Notes: generated by a model not told the origin, from the sequence alone. Counted from the stretch's first letter, positions 26,895-39,127 are shown. The stretch is 49,631 nt of DNA from Verrucomicrobiales bacterium (GCA_028293445.1 JAQGOU010000006.1:1-49631), one strand, 5' to 3'. A program made the numbers and translations.

Positions 26895-27003
26895 TCCAAC
26901 CTCCAAGCTCCAGAGAATTTCCAAAAGCCAAAATCCAATCGTCAGTGGTGAGTGGCCAGGCCAAGCCGAGCTTGGCAATCGGTTATTGGCTTTTGACTAT
27001 TGC
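26895..27003. repeat. Inverted pair of 7-bp-period microrepeat tracts
   Basis: CAA/CAG at 26897, 26904, 26911 and 26922, 26929, 26936; complementary TTG/TCG at 26972, 26979, 26986, 26993, 27000. Confidence 0.6.
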
Positions 27004-27084
27004 TCCTCAGGTAGGCTGAAGTTCAGTAGCTGAAAGGATCACGAAAGGCTGCCACACATGCTTCCCATTGCTCATCAGCCAGTT

Positions 27085-27290
27085 AAGGCCTTTCTAAAAG
27101 GCTTTAAAAAATCGGTTTACTCAGAAAAGGGCATTTTAAAAGTCTTTCAAAGAGCCCTAAACTGGGAAAACCCCTTTTCAAAAGTCTTTTGGAGAGGGGT
27201 AAACCGAGAAAAGGGCTCCTTAAAAGTCTTTTGAAAAGGCCTTTCCCGGGGAAAACGCATTTTAAAACCCTTTTTGGGAGGCACTTTTTC
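27085..27290. repeat. Degenerate tandem array, 42-bp period, about 5 units
   Basis: AAAAGTCTTT-like anchor at 27096, 27138, 27180, 27222, 27264. Confidence 0.85.
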
Positions 27291-27476
27291 TTCCCAGCGA
27301 CCATTAAATGCCGCTGAGACACCCTGTTTTCCCGGAGAGGACTTTGAGTCGAGACGGAGCCGAAAGTCGATCGAAAGTGCTTTCCAAAGCCGAACGAAGA
27401 CAAGGGCCACCTTTTTGGAAAGGAGCAGATTAGATTTTCCATTTCCGCGCGCATAAAGTAAAACCTCGCCCGCGTT

Positions 27477-29072
27477 ATGAAGTTCACAAAAGAACAGCTC
27501 TGGGAACGGTTCAAAAAATATTACTTCGAGTTTCCAACGATCGGTCTGGCGATCGATGTGAGCCGGATGAATTTTTCGGAAGATTATTTCGACAGGATGA
27601 ACGCGCCAATGGCGAAGGCGTTTCAGGCGATGGCGGAAATTGAACGCGGCGCCATCGCGAATCCGGATGAAAAACGGATGGTCGGACATTACTGGCTCCG
27701 CAACCCGCAACTCGCTCCGACCCCTGCTATCACTAAGGAAATTGAAGATACGCTCGCGGCGGTGAAATCTTTTACCCGCGAAGTTCATGACGGAAAAATC
27801 CAGGGCGAACGCGGTGCTTTCAAAAATGTGCTCGTGATCGGCATCGGCGGCTCGGCGCTCGGGCCGCAATTCGTCAGCAACGCCCTCGGCCATCCGCTGA
27901 CCGATAAAATGGATGTCTTTTTCTTCGATAACACCGATCCCGACGGGATGGACAAAGTCATCTCGAAGATTATCAATGAACTCGGGCAGACGCTTTGCGT
28001 AGTGATTTCCAAATCGGGCGGAACCAAAGAAACCCGCAACGGCATGCTCGAAGCCGAAGCCGCCTTCACGAAGGCCGGCTTGAACTTCGGCAAACACACG
28101 GTTGCTATCACCGGTAAGGATAGCGAGCTCGACAAAGTGGCGGTGAAGAACAATTGGATCCGCCGGTTTCCCATGTGGGACTGGGTTGGCGGACGAACCA
28201 GCGAATTGTCGGCCGTTGGCCTTCTTCCAGCCGCCTTGCAAGGCATTGACATCGATTTAATGCTAAAAGGGGCGAAAGAGTGCGATGAGGCGACACGCAG
28301 GAATAACGTTACCGAAAACCCTTCTTCCCTGATTTCTTTGGCATGGATGCAGGGATGTAACGCTAAAGGTGAAAAAGACATGGTTGTCCTCCCTTACAAG
28401 GATCGGCTTGAGCTTTTCTCGAAGTATCTTCAGCAACTGATCATGGAGTCGCTCGGAAAAGAACGAGACCTGGATGGTAAAGTGGTGAATCAAGGGCTCG
28501 CAGTTTACGGGAATAAAGGGGCAACCGACCAGCATGCTTACGTCCAGCAGTTGCGCGAAGGGGTGCACAATTTCTTCGTCACGTTTATCGAGGTATTGCA
28601 GGATCGAGGCGCGAAATCGTTGCCCGTTGAGCCACGCGTTACGGCGGGCGATTACTTGAGCGGCTTCTTTCTCGGAACGCGCGAGGCGCTCTTCGATAAC
28701 GGACGCGAATCGATCACGATCACGATTCCGAAGGTTTCGCCCTATTCTGTTGGGGTGCTGATCGCGTTATTTGAGCGAACGGTCGGACTTTACGCCTCGT
28801 TGATCAATGTAAACGCATACCATCAACCTGGAGTGGAGGCCGGAAAGAAAGCGGCCAGCGCGGTGATCCAGCTTCAGCTGAAAGTGCTCGATTATCTTCA
28901 GGAGAAGAAGGGTCACGCCTTAACCTCCGCACAGATCGCCAGCGGCATCGGCGCGCATGACGCTTTTGAAACGGTGTTCAAAATCAGCGAGCATCTGTCG
29001 GCCAATCCCGATAGCGGCGTGAAAAAAGCCGCCGGCAAAACCCCATTTGAATCTACCTACCAGCTAGCGTAA
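27477..29072 (+). CDS. pgi: Glucose-6-phosphate isomerase
   Basis: [47 protein letters not shown]. Confidence 0.98.
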   Translation: MKFTKEQLWERFKKYYFEFPTIGLAIDVSRMNFSEDYFDRMNAPMAKAFQAMAEIERGAIANPDEKRMVGHYWLRNPQLAPTPAITKEIEDTLAAVKSFTREVHDGKIQGERGAFKNVLVIGIGGSALGPQFVSNALGHPLTDKMDVFFFDNTDPDGMDKVISKIINELGQTLCVVISKSGGTKETRNGMLEAEAAFTKAGLNFGKHTVAITGKDSELDKVAVKNNWIRRFPMWDWVGGRTSELSAVGLLPAALQGIDIDLMLKGAKECDEATRRNNVTENPSSLISLAWMQGCNAKGEKDMVVLPYKDRLELFSKYLQQLIMESLGKERDLDGKVVNQGLAVYGNKGATDQHAYVQQLREGVHNFFVTFIEVLQDRGAKSLPVEPRVTAGDYLSGFFLGTREALFDNGRESITITIPKVSPYSVGVLIALFERTVGLYASLINVNAYHQPGVEAGKKAASAVIQLQLKVLDYLQEKKGHALTSAQIASGIGAHDAFETVFKISEHLSANPDSGVKKAAGKTPFESTYQLA

Positions 29073-29085
29073 GTTCCGCGCCTCA

Positions 29086-31101
29086 ATGTTTGTCTACCCC
29101 AAAAAATACGACGTGATCGTCGTCGGAGCCGGCCACGCGGGCGTGGAAGCGGCTTTGGCGGCCGCGCGAATGGGATGCCAGACGCTTTTGCTGACCATTA
29201 ATGCGGATAGTATCGGGCAAATGTCCTGTAATCCGGCCATTGGCGGTCTTGCCAAAGGACACCTGACCCGGGAGATCGACGCCTTGGGTGGTGAGATGGG
29301 AAAGTGCACAGACATGACCGGCCTGCAGTTCCGGATGCTGAATATGAAGAAGGGGCCGTCCGTTTGGGCTCCTCGCGCCCAGTGCGACAAGAAAGCCTAC
29401 CAGTTCCGGATGAAGTGGATTTGCGAGCGGGAAAAGAATCTCGACGTCAAGCAGGGACAGACCTCGAAGCTCCTGCACAAGGATGCGGAAGTTTGCGGGG
29501 TCGAAACAACCCTGGAGATCCAATACCTCAGCAAGACGGTGATTATTACCACGGGAACGTTCCTTCGCGGATTGATGCACGTCGGCAGCAACCAGCAACA
29601 GGGCGGTCGTTTGGGAGACGCGGCGTCGATGGGGTTGTCGAGTTCACTGAAGGAAGTCGGTTTGGAGTTGGGCCGCTTAAAAACCGGAACCCCACCTCGG
29701 CTCCTGAAGAGCTCCATTGATTTTTCCAAGACCGAGATCCAGCCCGGGGACGAACCGGCACCATACTTTACCTATTGGAAAGATGATTTGTTCCACGTGG
29801 AACAAGGAGACCCGGGAATGGAGCCCCGACCGTACGACCAGTACTTTGCCGTCAAAGAAGGCAAAAAGTTCCACGTGGAACAAAACGACCAGTATCCGCG
29901 CGGATCCATTCTGGAGCAGATCGGTGGACAGCTTCCTTGCTACATTACCTACACGACCGGGAAGACGGCCGAAGTCATTCGGGCGAACCTTCATAAATCA
30001 CCGATGTATTCGGGCGTGATCGAAGGGGTGGGGCCGAGGTACTGTCCCTCCATTGAAGATAAGATCGTCCGGTTTGCGGATAAGGAGCGGCATCAGATCT
30101 TTTTGGAACCGGAAGGGATCGCGACCGACGAGATTTACGTCAATGGCTTCTCCACCTCGCTGCCGTTCGATGTTCAGTATGAATTGGTGCGGACCATTAT
30201 CGGTTGCGAAGAGGCGGAGATTCTTCGTCCGGCGTATGCGGTCGAATATGATTTTTCATTCCCGACTCAGCTCCATGCGTCCCTGGAAACCAAGGGTTGT
30301 CGGAATCTTTTCCTCGCGGGACAGATTAATGGCACCTCCGGATATGAGGAGGCGGGTGCTCAAGGATTAATGGCTGGAATTAATGCCGCTCGTCGGGTGC
30401 AACAGCGCGAACCGGTTATCTTGCGTCGTGATCAGGCCTATATCGGCGTGCTCATCGATGATCTGGTGACGAAGGGGACCTCCGAGCCGTATCGGATGTT
30501 TACGTCCCGGGCCGAGTATCGGCTGATTCTGCGGCAGGACAACGCCGATATGCGCTTGAGCGAGATCGGGCATGATATTGGTCTCTTGCCCTCGCGCAAC
30601 TATCGCAAGTTCCAGGAAAAAAAGCTCGCGATCGAGTGCGAACTGGATCGTCTGGGAAAGACCAGAGTCGGACCTGATTTGTTGGCGCGATTGCTGAAGC
30701 GGCCGGAAGTGGCTTACAAGGATCTGCCAAATCGACGGGAAGATCTCAGCGACGAAGTGGTCCTGCAGGTGGAGATCGCGATTAAGTACGCCGGCTACAT
30801 TGATCGTCAGGACGCGGAAGTCGCGAAGTTCAAGACGCTCGAAGATAAACAGATTCCGCCTAACTTTGATTATGCAACGGTCCACAGCCTCCGAAATGAG
30901 GCGCGGCAAAAGCTGACGAAGATTCGTCCAGGGACGATCGGCCAGGCTTCCCGTATTTCGGGTGTCTCGCCGTCGGATATTAGCATCCTGATGATTTGGC
31001 TGAAACGCGGCTCCCCGGCCAAGCCGGTTGAGGAGCCCACGGATGTCTGCGCAGCGGCGGAACATCTGGACGAAACGCCGCCTTGTTGTGGCGATTTGTA
31101 A
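29086..31101 (+). CDS. mnmG: tRNA uridine 5-carboxymethylaminomethyl modification enzyme MnmG (GidA)
   Basis: GAGHAG, MSCNPAIGG, KTGTPPR, GPRYCPSIEDK, AGQINGTSGYEEA, YRMFTSRAEYRL. Confidence 0.98.
   Translation: MFVYPKKYDVIVVGAGHAGVEAALAAARMGCQTLLLTINADSIGQMSCNPAIGGLAKGHLTREIDALGGEMGKCTDMTGLQFRMLNMKKGPSVWAPRAQCDKKAYQFRMKWICEREKNLDVKQGQTSKLLHKDAEVCGVETTLEIQYLSKTVIITTGTFLRGLMHVGSNQQQGGRLGDAASMGLSSSLKEVGLELGRLKTGTPPRLLKSSIDFSKTEIQPGDEPAPYFTYWKDDLFHVEQGDPGMEPRPYDQYFAVKEGKKFHVEQNDQYPRGSILEQIGGQLPCYITYTTGKTAEVIRANLHKSPMYSGVIEGVGPRYCPSIEDKIVRFADKERHQIFLEPEGIATDEIYVNGFSTSLPFDVQYELVRTIIGCEEAEILRPAYAVEYDFSFPTQLHASLETKGCRNLFLAGQINGTSGYEEAGAQGLMAGINAARRVQQREPVILRRDQAYIGVLIDDLVTKGTSEPYRMFTSRAEYRLILRQDNADMRLSEIGHDIGLLPSRNYRKFQEKKLAIECELDRLGKTRVGPDLLARLLKRPEVAYKDLPNRREDLSDEVVLQVEIAIKYAGYIDRQDAEVAKFKTLEDKQIPPNFDYATVHSLRNEARQKLTKIRPGTIGQASRISGVSPSDISILMIWLKRGSPAKPVEEPTDVCAAAEHLDETPPCCGDL
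29789..29804. promoter_or_regulatory. parS site 1 (perfect palindrome TGTTCCACGTGGAACA)
   Basis: Matches the chromosomal ParB-binding parS consensus. Confidence 0.9.
29867..29882. promoter_or_regulatory. parS site 2 (aGTTCCACGTGGAACA)
   Basis: 15/16 identical to site 1, 78 bp downstream. Confidence 0.87.
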
Positions 31102-31219
31102 TTTGCGGAGCCGAGGGTTGGGCTGAACTTCTCTTCGCGAAAAGCATTTTCAAAAGGTCAAAAAATAGTATTTTAACCGCAGCGCTAAAATCGCCGGACG
31201 TCAGGAACCCTTTCCGCAT

Positions 31220-32857
31220 ATGAACGAAGCATTCGCCGATAAGATTCAGATGCAACACATGTTGTTCTCGGAATTATCCAACATGTTCGGCCACGAGGTC
31301 CCGCTTTACGACAAAGCTCTGTTGGTGAATAAGGAGTGCAACAAAACCGTTTGCGATCTGCTCGCTAAACATTACCCCGGGTTTACTCTTTCCGACAGCC
31401 AACTGGATAAGACCAGTGGCGAACGACATGGCGCCATCCGCATCGGCAAAGCCGACGAATATCGCTGGGTCACTGGTTTCTTCGGCGCCTTCGGCATGGA
31501 GCCGCATAATTACTACGACATGACCAATGTCGGCAGTAAAAGTCAGCCGATCGTTGCGACTGCCTTCCGTTCCCGCCTGAATCCTGAGCATCGCATTTTT
31601 TGTTCTCTCCTAATGACGGACTATTTTGATCCGGAAACCAGGAAGCGAATCGAAGGGTTGTTGGCGACGCGGGAAGTCTTTTCCGATAAGGCAAAAGGCC
31701 TCATTGAGAAGAACGCGAAGCAAGGCGGCTTGAGCGAATCAGATGCGAAGGAACTAATCCGCGAAGGGACAACTCGAATCTTCAAATGGACTGGCAAAGC
31801 GCGTGATCATCATCTCTACCAGGATCTTTCCGCAGCTGGATTCAAGATTGCCGCAGACATCGCCTGCTTTGAATCGCATCATCTTAACCACCTGACTCCA
31901 AATACTTTCTGCATGGATTTCTATACAGCATCCATGAAGTTCTGCATGGGGGAATTGGATTCAGAAACATATCACGTCCGAGCGAGCATGGCCTTGGATC
32001 GCTTGATGGAATTCGCGGATTGCGACTACATGAAGTTGCATTTCAAGCACCTGACCCTGGCCCAAATTCATTCGTTTGGTCGCGGTGATGTTCCGGCCTA
32101 CGATATCATGGGTGCGGTGGTAAAAGTCGGGCGCCGCTTTCGGGAACCGGATTTGGATCTGACAAAGTTAAAGCATGCGGGCTTTAAGGATTTCACGGAA
32201 GGCCCCTCTGAAGATACGCCGATCTTGTTGCGACAGGATGCTTACAAAGCTTTGACCGAACCGGTCACATTTCACGAAGCAGATGGCTCGAAGGTGGAAA
32301 CGGTTCATACCGCGCGCTTCGGTGAAGTGGAACAACGCTTTTACGCAACGACGCTGGTGGGTCGGGAGCTTTATGACAAATGTCTGGCTGAGGCGGATGT
32401 CATGAAAGAGAAGAATCCCGGCCTCATGAAGAAGGATTACGACGAGTATCGAAAAGCTTACGCGAACTGTTTCGCCGCATTTCCCAAGACGCTTTCCGGG
32501 TTACTCACGCAAAAGTTGGTTTACGGGCGCTTCAGCCCCACGGAAAAAGGATTGGAAGCGGCGAAGAAGAAGCAGATGGTCGGCAGTGACCTTTCCGACT
32601 TGATGCAGCGCGGCTATGTCCAGGTGGAAGGGTTGCGTTACGAAGATTTCCTACCGGTCAGCGCGGCCGGCATCTTCGCTTCAAACCTCGGTCAATACGG
32701 GACGAAATCGACGGCAGCCGAAAAGCCGGTCTATCGGAAAGAACAGCTCGAGGAAATCATGGGAAGAAAGATTGTGGACTCGAATGAGACTTATCGGAAT
32801 CTTGAGGCCGAGTCAGTGGCAAAAACCCGCGCACAGCTCGGAATCAAAACGAATTGA
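31220..32857 (+). CDS. DUF1338 / 2-oxoadipate dioxygenase-decarboxylase (HglS/YdcJ-like)
   Basis: ERHGAIRIG, NHLTP, ARFGEVEQR, YEDFLPVSAAGIFASN. Confidence 0.85.
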   Translation: MNEAFADKIQMQHMLFSELSNMFGHEVPLYDKALLVNKECNKTVCDLLAKHYPGFTLSDSQLDKTSGERHGAIRIGKADEYRWVTGFFGAFGMEPHNYYDMTNVGSKSQPIVATAFRSRLNPEHRIFCSLLMTDYFDPETRKRIEGLLATREVFSDKAKGLIEKNAKQGGLSESDAKELIREGTTRIFKWTGKARDHHLYQDLSAAGFKIAADIACFESHHLNHLTPNTFCMDFYTASMKFCMGELDSETYHVRASMALDRLMEFADCDYMKLHFKHLTLAQIHSFGRGDVPAYDIMGAVVKVGRRFREPDLDLTKLKHAGFKDFTEGPSEDTPILLRQDAYKALTEPVTFHEADGSKVETVHTARFGEVEQRFYATTLVGRELYDKCLAEADVMKEKNPGLMKKDYDEYRKAYANCFAAFPKTLSGLLTQKLVYGRFSPTEKGLEAAKKKQMVGSDLSDLMQRGYVQVEGLRYEDFLPVSAAGIFASNLGQYGTKSTAAEKPVYRKEQLEEIMGRKIVDSNETYRNLEAESVAKTRAQLGIKTN

Positions 32858-32914
32858 GTTTTTTAAGCGTTTTTGTTCACTTCGAGTAGCGTGCTTTTCA
32901 TGCGGGCTGCGTGA

Positions 32915-32974
32915 ATGTCACATTTGGCACACAATGTGTGACATGAACAAGGTAAGTGTGCCAAAATGTCTCAC
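32915..32974. promoter_or_regulatory. Putative upstream activator (bEBP) sites of the dnaK promoter
   Basis: TGTCACATTTGGCACAC and GTGTGCCAAAATGTCTCA form an inverted pair 80-140 bp upstream of the -24 element. Confidence 0.6.
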
Positions 32975-33051
32975 TTCCAAGCATTTCCATTTATCGACAT
33001 TTGATTCGTAAGTGCTTATATACAAGTGGCTTAAATTAGGATTCACCTCGG

Positions 33052-33067
33052 TGGCACCTCTACTGCT
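33052..33067 (+). promoter_or_regulatory. sigma54 (-24/-12) promoter of dnaK-groES-groEL
   Basis: TGGCACctctaCTGCT gives GG(33053)-N10-GC(33065), 48 nt before the dnaK ATG. Confidence 0.72.
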
Positions 33068-33114
33068 AAAGAACTCTTGAGCTTTTACGCTCTTTTGAAA
33101 GGAAACCAGATTTT

Positions 33115-35049
33115 ATGGCTAAAGTTTTAGGTATTGATTTAGGAACAACCAATTCTTGCATGGCGGTGATGGAAGGCGGCGAACCTCTCGTTTTGGAAAA
33201 CTCTGAGGGTAAACGCACAACGCCGTCCGTAGTCGCATTTGCAAAAAACGGCGAACGCCTCGTCGGCGAAGCTGCCAAACGGCAGGCCGTGACCAACCCA
33301 CGCAATACGGTTTATTCCGTGAAGCGCTTCATGGGTCGTAAATTTGAAGAGGTCCAGGAAGAATTAAAGCGCGTCCCATACAAAGTGGTGAAAGCTGCTA
33401 ACGGCGACGCCGCTGTTGAAGTTGAAGTGGACGGCAAGCCGAAGCAATTCACGCCGCCCGAGATTTCCGCGATGATCCTCGCGAAATTAAAAGCCGATGC
33501 GGAAACACGCCTCGGCGAAAAAGTAACCCAGGCGGTGATTACCGTTCCTGCTTACTTCAACGACTCACAACGTCAGGCTACTAAAGATGCGGGACGCATC
33601 GCTGGCCTCGAAGTGCTTCGTATCATCAACGAACCGACGGCAGCTTCCCTCGCCTACGGTCTCGATAAAAAGAAAGACGAAGAAATCGCGGTCTACGATT
33701 TGGGCGGCGGTACATTCGATATTTCTGTTCTCGAAATCGGCGATGGTGTTTTCGAAGTGAAGGCGACCAACGGTGATACTCACCTCGGTGGTGACGACTG
33801 GGACAATCGCATCATGGATTGGATCCTGGATGAATTTAAGCGTGAGAACGGCATGGACCTGCGCAAGCAGCCGGATGCATTGCAGCGCATCAAGGAGGAA
33901 GCCGAAAAAGCGAAGATCGCGCTTTCGAGCGCTCAGCAGTACGAAATTAATCTTCCGTTCGTGACGGCAGATGCCACTGGGCCGAAACATATTTCGATGA
34001 AGCTGTCGCGGGCGAAAATGGAACAGATGTGCGACGACTTGTTCGAACGCACGATCGGGCCCGTTAAAGCATGCTTGAAAGACGCCGGTGTTGGCGTGGA
34101 CAAAATCAATGAGCTCGTGCTCGTCGGCGGCATGACCCGCATGCCCCGTGTGGTTGAAGTTGCGAAAACGCTCGTCAACAAGCCGCCTCATCAAGGTGTG
34201 AATCCGGACGAAGTCGTGGCGATCGGCGCTGGCATTCAAGGCGGCGTGCTCAAGGGCGACGTAAAAGACGTGTTGCTCCTGGACGTGACCCCGCTCTCGC
34301 TCGGTATTGAAACGCTCGGTGGTGTGTTCACGAAGTTGATCGAACGCAACACCACGATCCCGACACGCAAATCGGAAATTTTTTCGACGGCCTCAGATAG
34401 TCAACCGGGCGTAGAGATTCACGTGTTGCAAGGCGAACGCCAGTTCACCCGCGACAACAAAACGATCGGCAAATTTAATCTGTCAGACATTCCGCCCGCC
34501 CCGCGCGGCGTGCCGCAAATCGAAGTTACCTTTGACATCGATGCGAACGGCATCCTGCACGTCAACGCAAAAGATCTTGGCACTGGCAAAGAGCAGAAGA
34601 TCACGATCACCGCGAGCAGTGGTCTGTCGAAGGACGAAATCGAGAAGATGCGCAAGGACGCGGAACTGCACGCGGAAGAAGATAAAATCAAACGCGAAGA
34701 AATCGAAACACGCAACGAAGCCGATGGTGCCGTGTATCGCACGGAGAAGTTGCTCAAGGAAAGCGGCGACAAACTCACCGCGGATAACAAAGGCAAGATC
34801 GAAGGCGCTCTCAACGAAGTGAAAGAAGCGCTCAAGGGCAATGACGCGGCCGCGATTAAGACCGCAAGTGAGAAACTGAACACCGTTTGGCAGGAAGCAT
34901 CTGCTGAACTTTATAAGGCCGCTTCTGAAAAGGCGAAAGCCGGCCAGGCTGGTCCGCAACCAGGCGCTGACGCTGGTCCCAAAGAAGGCGGCGAGAAGAA
35001 GGACGAAGGTCCGATCATCGACGCTGAAGTCGTGGACGAGAAAAAATAA
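33115..35049 (+). CDS. dnaK: Chaperone DnaK (Hsp70)
   Basis: [41 protein letters not shown]. Confidence 0.99.
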   Translation: MAKVLGIDLGTTNSCMAVMEGGEPLVLENSEGKRTTPSVVAFAKNGERLVGEAAKRQAVTNPRNTVYSVKRFMGRKFEEVQEELKRVPYKVVKAANGDAAVEVEVDGKPKQFTPPEISAMILAKLKADAETRLGEKVTQAVITVPAYFNDSQRQATKDAGRIAGLEVLRIINEPTAASLAYGLDKKKDEEIAVYDLGGGTFDISVLEIGDGVFEVKATNGDTHLGGDDWDNRIMDWILDEFKRENGMDLRKQPDALQRIKEEAEKAKIALSSAQQYEINLPFVTADATGPKHISMKLSRAKMEQMCDDLFERTIGPVKACLKDAGVGVDKINELVLVGGMTRMPRVVEVAKTLVNKPPHQGVNPDEVVAIGAGIQGGVLKGDVKDVLLLDVTPLSLGIETLGGVFTKLIERNTTIPTRKSEIFSTASDSQPGVEIHVLQGERQFTRDNKTIGKFNLSDIPPAPRGVPQIEVTFDIDANGILHVNAKDLGTGKEQKITITASSGLSKDEIEKMRKDAELHAEEDKIKREEIETRNEADGAVYRTEKLLKESGDKLTADNKGKIEGALNEVKEALKGNDAAAIKTASEKLNTVWQEASAELYKAASEKAKAGQAGPQPGADAGPKEGGEKKDEGPIIDAEVVDEKK

Positions 35050-35053
35050 TTCG

Positions 35054-35100
35054 CACGCGAAGGCGCGGGAGAGTCTTAACTCTTTCGCGTTCTTCGCGTG
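35054..35100 (+). other. Intercistronic hairpin between dnaK and groES
   Basis: CACGCGAAG..CGCG..GAGAGT pairs with ACTCTT..CGCG..CTTCGCGTG. Confidence 0.65.
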
Positions 35101-35194
35101 AGTTCGTTCCCTAAAACAAATTTCCCGATCGCGAGTGCGACGGGGTCTTTTGATTCGTTAACAAATCAGAAATAGAAAAAGGAAAAGAAACACT

Positions 35195-35488
35195 ATGGCA
35201 TTAAATGTAAAACCTCTCGGCGACCGCGTAATCGTGGAAGCTGTTGAAGAAAAAGAAGTCAAAAAGGGCGGCATTATCATTCCCGATACCGCTAAAGAAA
35301 AACCGACCGAAAGCATCGTGCGTGCACTCGGCACCGGCAAAACAGACGACAAAGGCAACAAGATCGCTTTTGAAGTCAAAGTGGGCGATCGCGTTCTGAC
35401 CAGCCAATACGGCGGCCAGCCGATCAAGCTCGACGGCAAGGAATACAAAATTCTGAGCTCGGACGACATCCTCGCGGTGATCGCTTAA
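35195..35488 (+). CDS. groES: Co-chaperonin GroES
   Basis: [27 protein letters not shown]. Confidence 0.98.
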   Translation: MALNVKPLGDRVIVEAVEEKEVKKGGIIIPDTAKEKPTESIVRALGTGKTDDKGNKIAFEVKVGDRVLTSQYGGQPIKLDGKEYKILSSDDILAVIA

Positions 35489-35506
35489 TCCAACAAACAA
35501 TTTTAA

Positions 35507-37177
<1,671 letters not shown>

Positions 37178-37210
37178 GCCGAATAGATTTCGGAGGAACT
37201 GAAGAACACG

Positions 37211-37245
37211 GCGAGGCTGGTGCACACCAGCCTCGCTTTTTATTT
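37211..37245 (+). terminator. Intrinsic terminator after groEL
   Basis: GCGAGGCTGGTG-ca-CACCAGCCTCGC followed by TTTTTATTT. Confidence 0.88.
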
Positions 37246-37389
37246 GCTGGGAGCGCGTGACGGTGTCAGACAAGACCAGCCCACACGCTTCCTGGCAAGC
37301 GACATCGATATAATTCTGACCCAAGACTACGCAGTCGCTCAGTAGGCGGTCAAAAGAAGTGATCCGGTTGCCGGAGATTCCGTCTTAGC

Positions 37390-39127
37390 TTAGGGCTTTT
37401 TCGGGGAGCGTCGCAGAACCAGCAAGAGCGCCAAGCCGCTACAACCCCAGCCGAACCAATCGCCATGCAGATTGTAGAATGTTGGAGATGCTTTTCGAGC
37501 GGCGGTGCGAAGCGGGATCTTTGTCACTAGATATCCTTCGCCGTAGACTGTGCCCTTGGCGTCACGGAAGATTTCACGAACGCGTCCGTTCTCATCGACC
37601 CAACAGGTTAGCCCATTGTTTGTGCAGCGGATGAGCGGGATGCCGTTTTCTACGGCGCGAAACACAGCGTTCATGGCCTGTTGCCATTGCGCGGCGCTCT
37701 TGCCGAACCAACCGTCGTTCGTGAGGTTTAAAAGAATATCCGTGTCGCGATTGACGTGTTCTCGTGCGTAATGCGGAAAGACATCTTCGAAACAAATAAG
37801 CGGAGCAATGGTGGCGGGGGGGATCAAGCAGTTCAAAGGGGACTGGACCTTTGCCGGCGGCGAAGCTGCCTGGAATCGGCGTGAGATACTTTATGAATGG
37901 AAGCCATTTCTCGAGCGGAATGTATTCACCGAAGGCAACGAGCCTCTGTTTGCGATAAGTTTCAACGTAATTGCCGTCAGGTCCGAAAAGGAAACTGGAG
38001 TTATAATAATTGGTTTCGGTCGGGAGATATTCCGCGTCGTCTGCGCCGAGAATCATCCAGGCTCGCTGTGAGGCAATGAGGTTCGTGATGGCGGCGTAGT
38101 TTTCCTTGTCCAAGCCCGGCAGGGCTGCCTCCGGCCAGAGGAGGAGTTGCGGCTTTTCTGCGAGCGCGTTGGCCGAGAGACTCATCAAGGTGCGAAAGCG
38201 ATTGGGTGTTTCGGCCGGATCGAAAATTAATTCCTGCGGGATGCTCGGTTGGATGAGTGCCACTTTTAATTCCCGCCCGGGTGCCGGTGCTTTGCTGATA
38301 CGGTCTGTTCCCCAGGCAAACACGGCCGCCGTCACAGCGACAGGGAAGAGAATTTCCGAAAGCCACATGCGGCGCTCCGTGGGTTTGTGGATGAAAACCA
38401 AAGCGAGCGATAGCAGCGACGAGGAAAACCAGACTAACAGAAAGGTGACCCCATAGACGCCGGTCGTCGACGCGATTTGAATCAGTGGCACAAGCTTGTG
38501 CTGCGAGACGCCAAGAAAATTCCATGGGAAACCGCTGAGAAAACGGGCGCGCAACATTTCCAGGGCTACCCAGAATACGGCGCACGACAGCGCCCAGAGG
38601 GTGCGGTCGATCCAGGCCGACTGGAGAAATTGTTCGCGAAGCGGTAATTCAGCTCCAGTGAACCGGCGCTTCGCCAGTCGTTGACAAAGCCAAACCCAGG
38701 TCGCGATAAACAGTCCGAGATAAAGATTCAGCGCCAGCCACCCACCCACGGCGCCGGCTGGAAACGGAATGAAGAGCAGCCAGTAAATCGAGGTAAGGAA
38801 GTGCACGACTCCCGCGACGTATCCGATGCGAAACGCTTGCCATCCCTGCGTGCCAAATGCAGCGGCCAAAATTAATCCCGGAGCGATCCACGCAAATCCA
38901 GCAACACCTGCGTTCGGAAAGGCGAGCGTGAGCAATAAGCCGCCCACCGCCGCCAATAAGTAGCGCCACCAGCAAATTGCTTTGAAATTGATTTTATTCA
39001 ACGGGCAAAATGTAACCACGAATCGAGATGTATAAAGACGAATAAACAGTAGGCAATTCGCCCAGGTGACACGTGTCTGCTGCATTTTACACTGCCAGCA
39101 TGTTGCGGCCTCGCCGCGTGGGGGCAC
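37390..39127 (-). CDS. lnt: Apolipoprotein N-acyltransferase, apparently frameshifted at a G7 run (37816-37822); start uncertain (likely near 39020)
   Basis: TM segments, GFPW, WPEAA, YYNS and KQRLVAFGEYIP in one frame; ICFED, TNDGWF and RCTNNG in the next. Confidence 0.88.

Noticed and set aside
27104-27514. Minus-strand ORF with a 14-aa pseudo-repeat over array C
   Set aside because: It overlaps the pgi start in antisense and has no supporting signals; not fully excluded because 42 is a multiple of 3
32860-33115. CIRCE operator upstream of dnaK or groES
   Set aside because: No TTAGCACTC-N9-GAGTGCTAA found here or at 35050-35195
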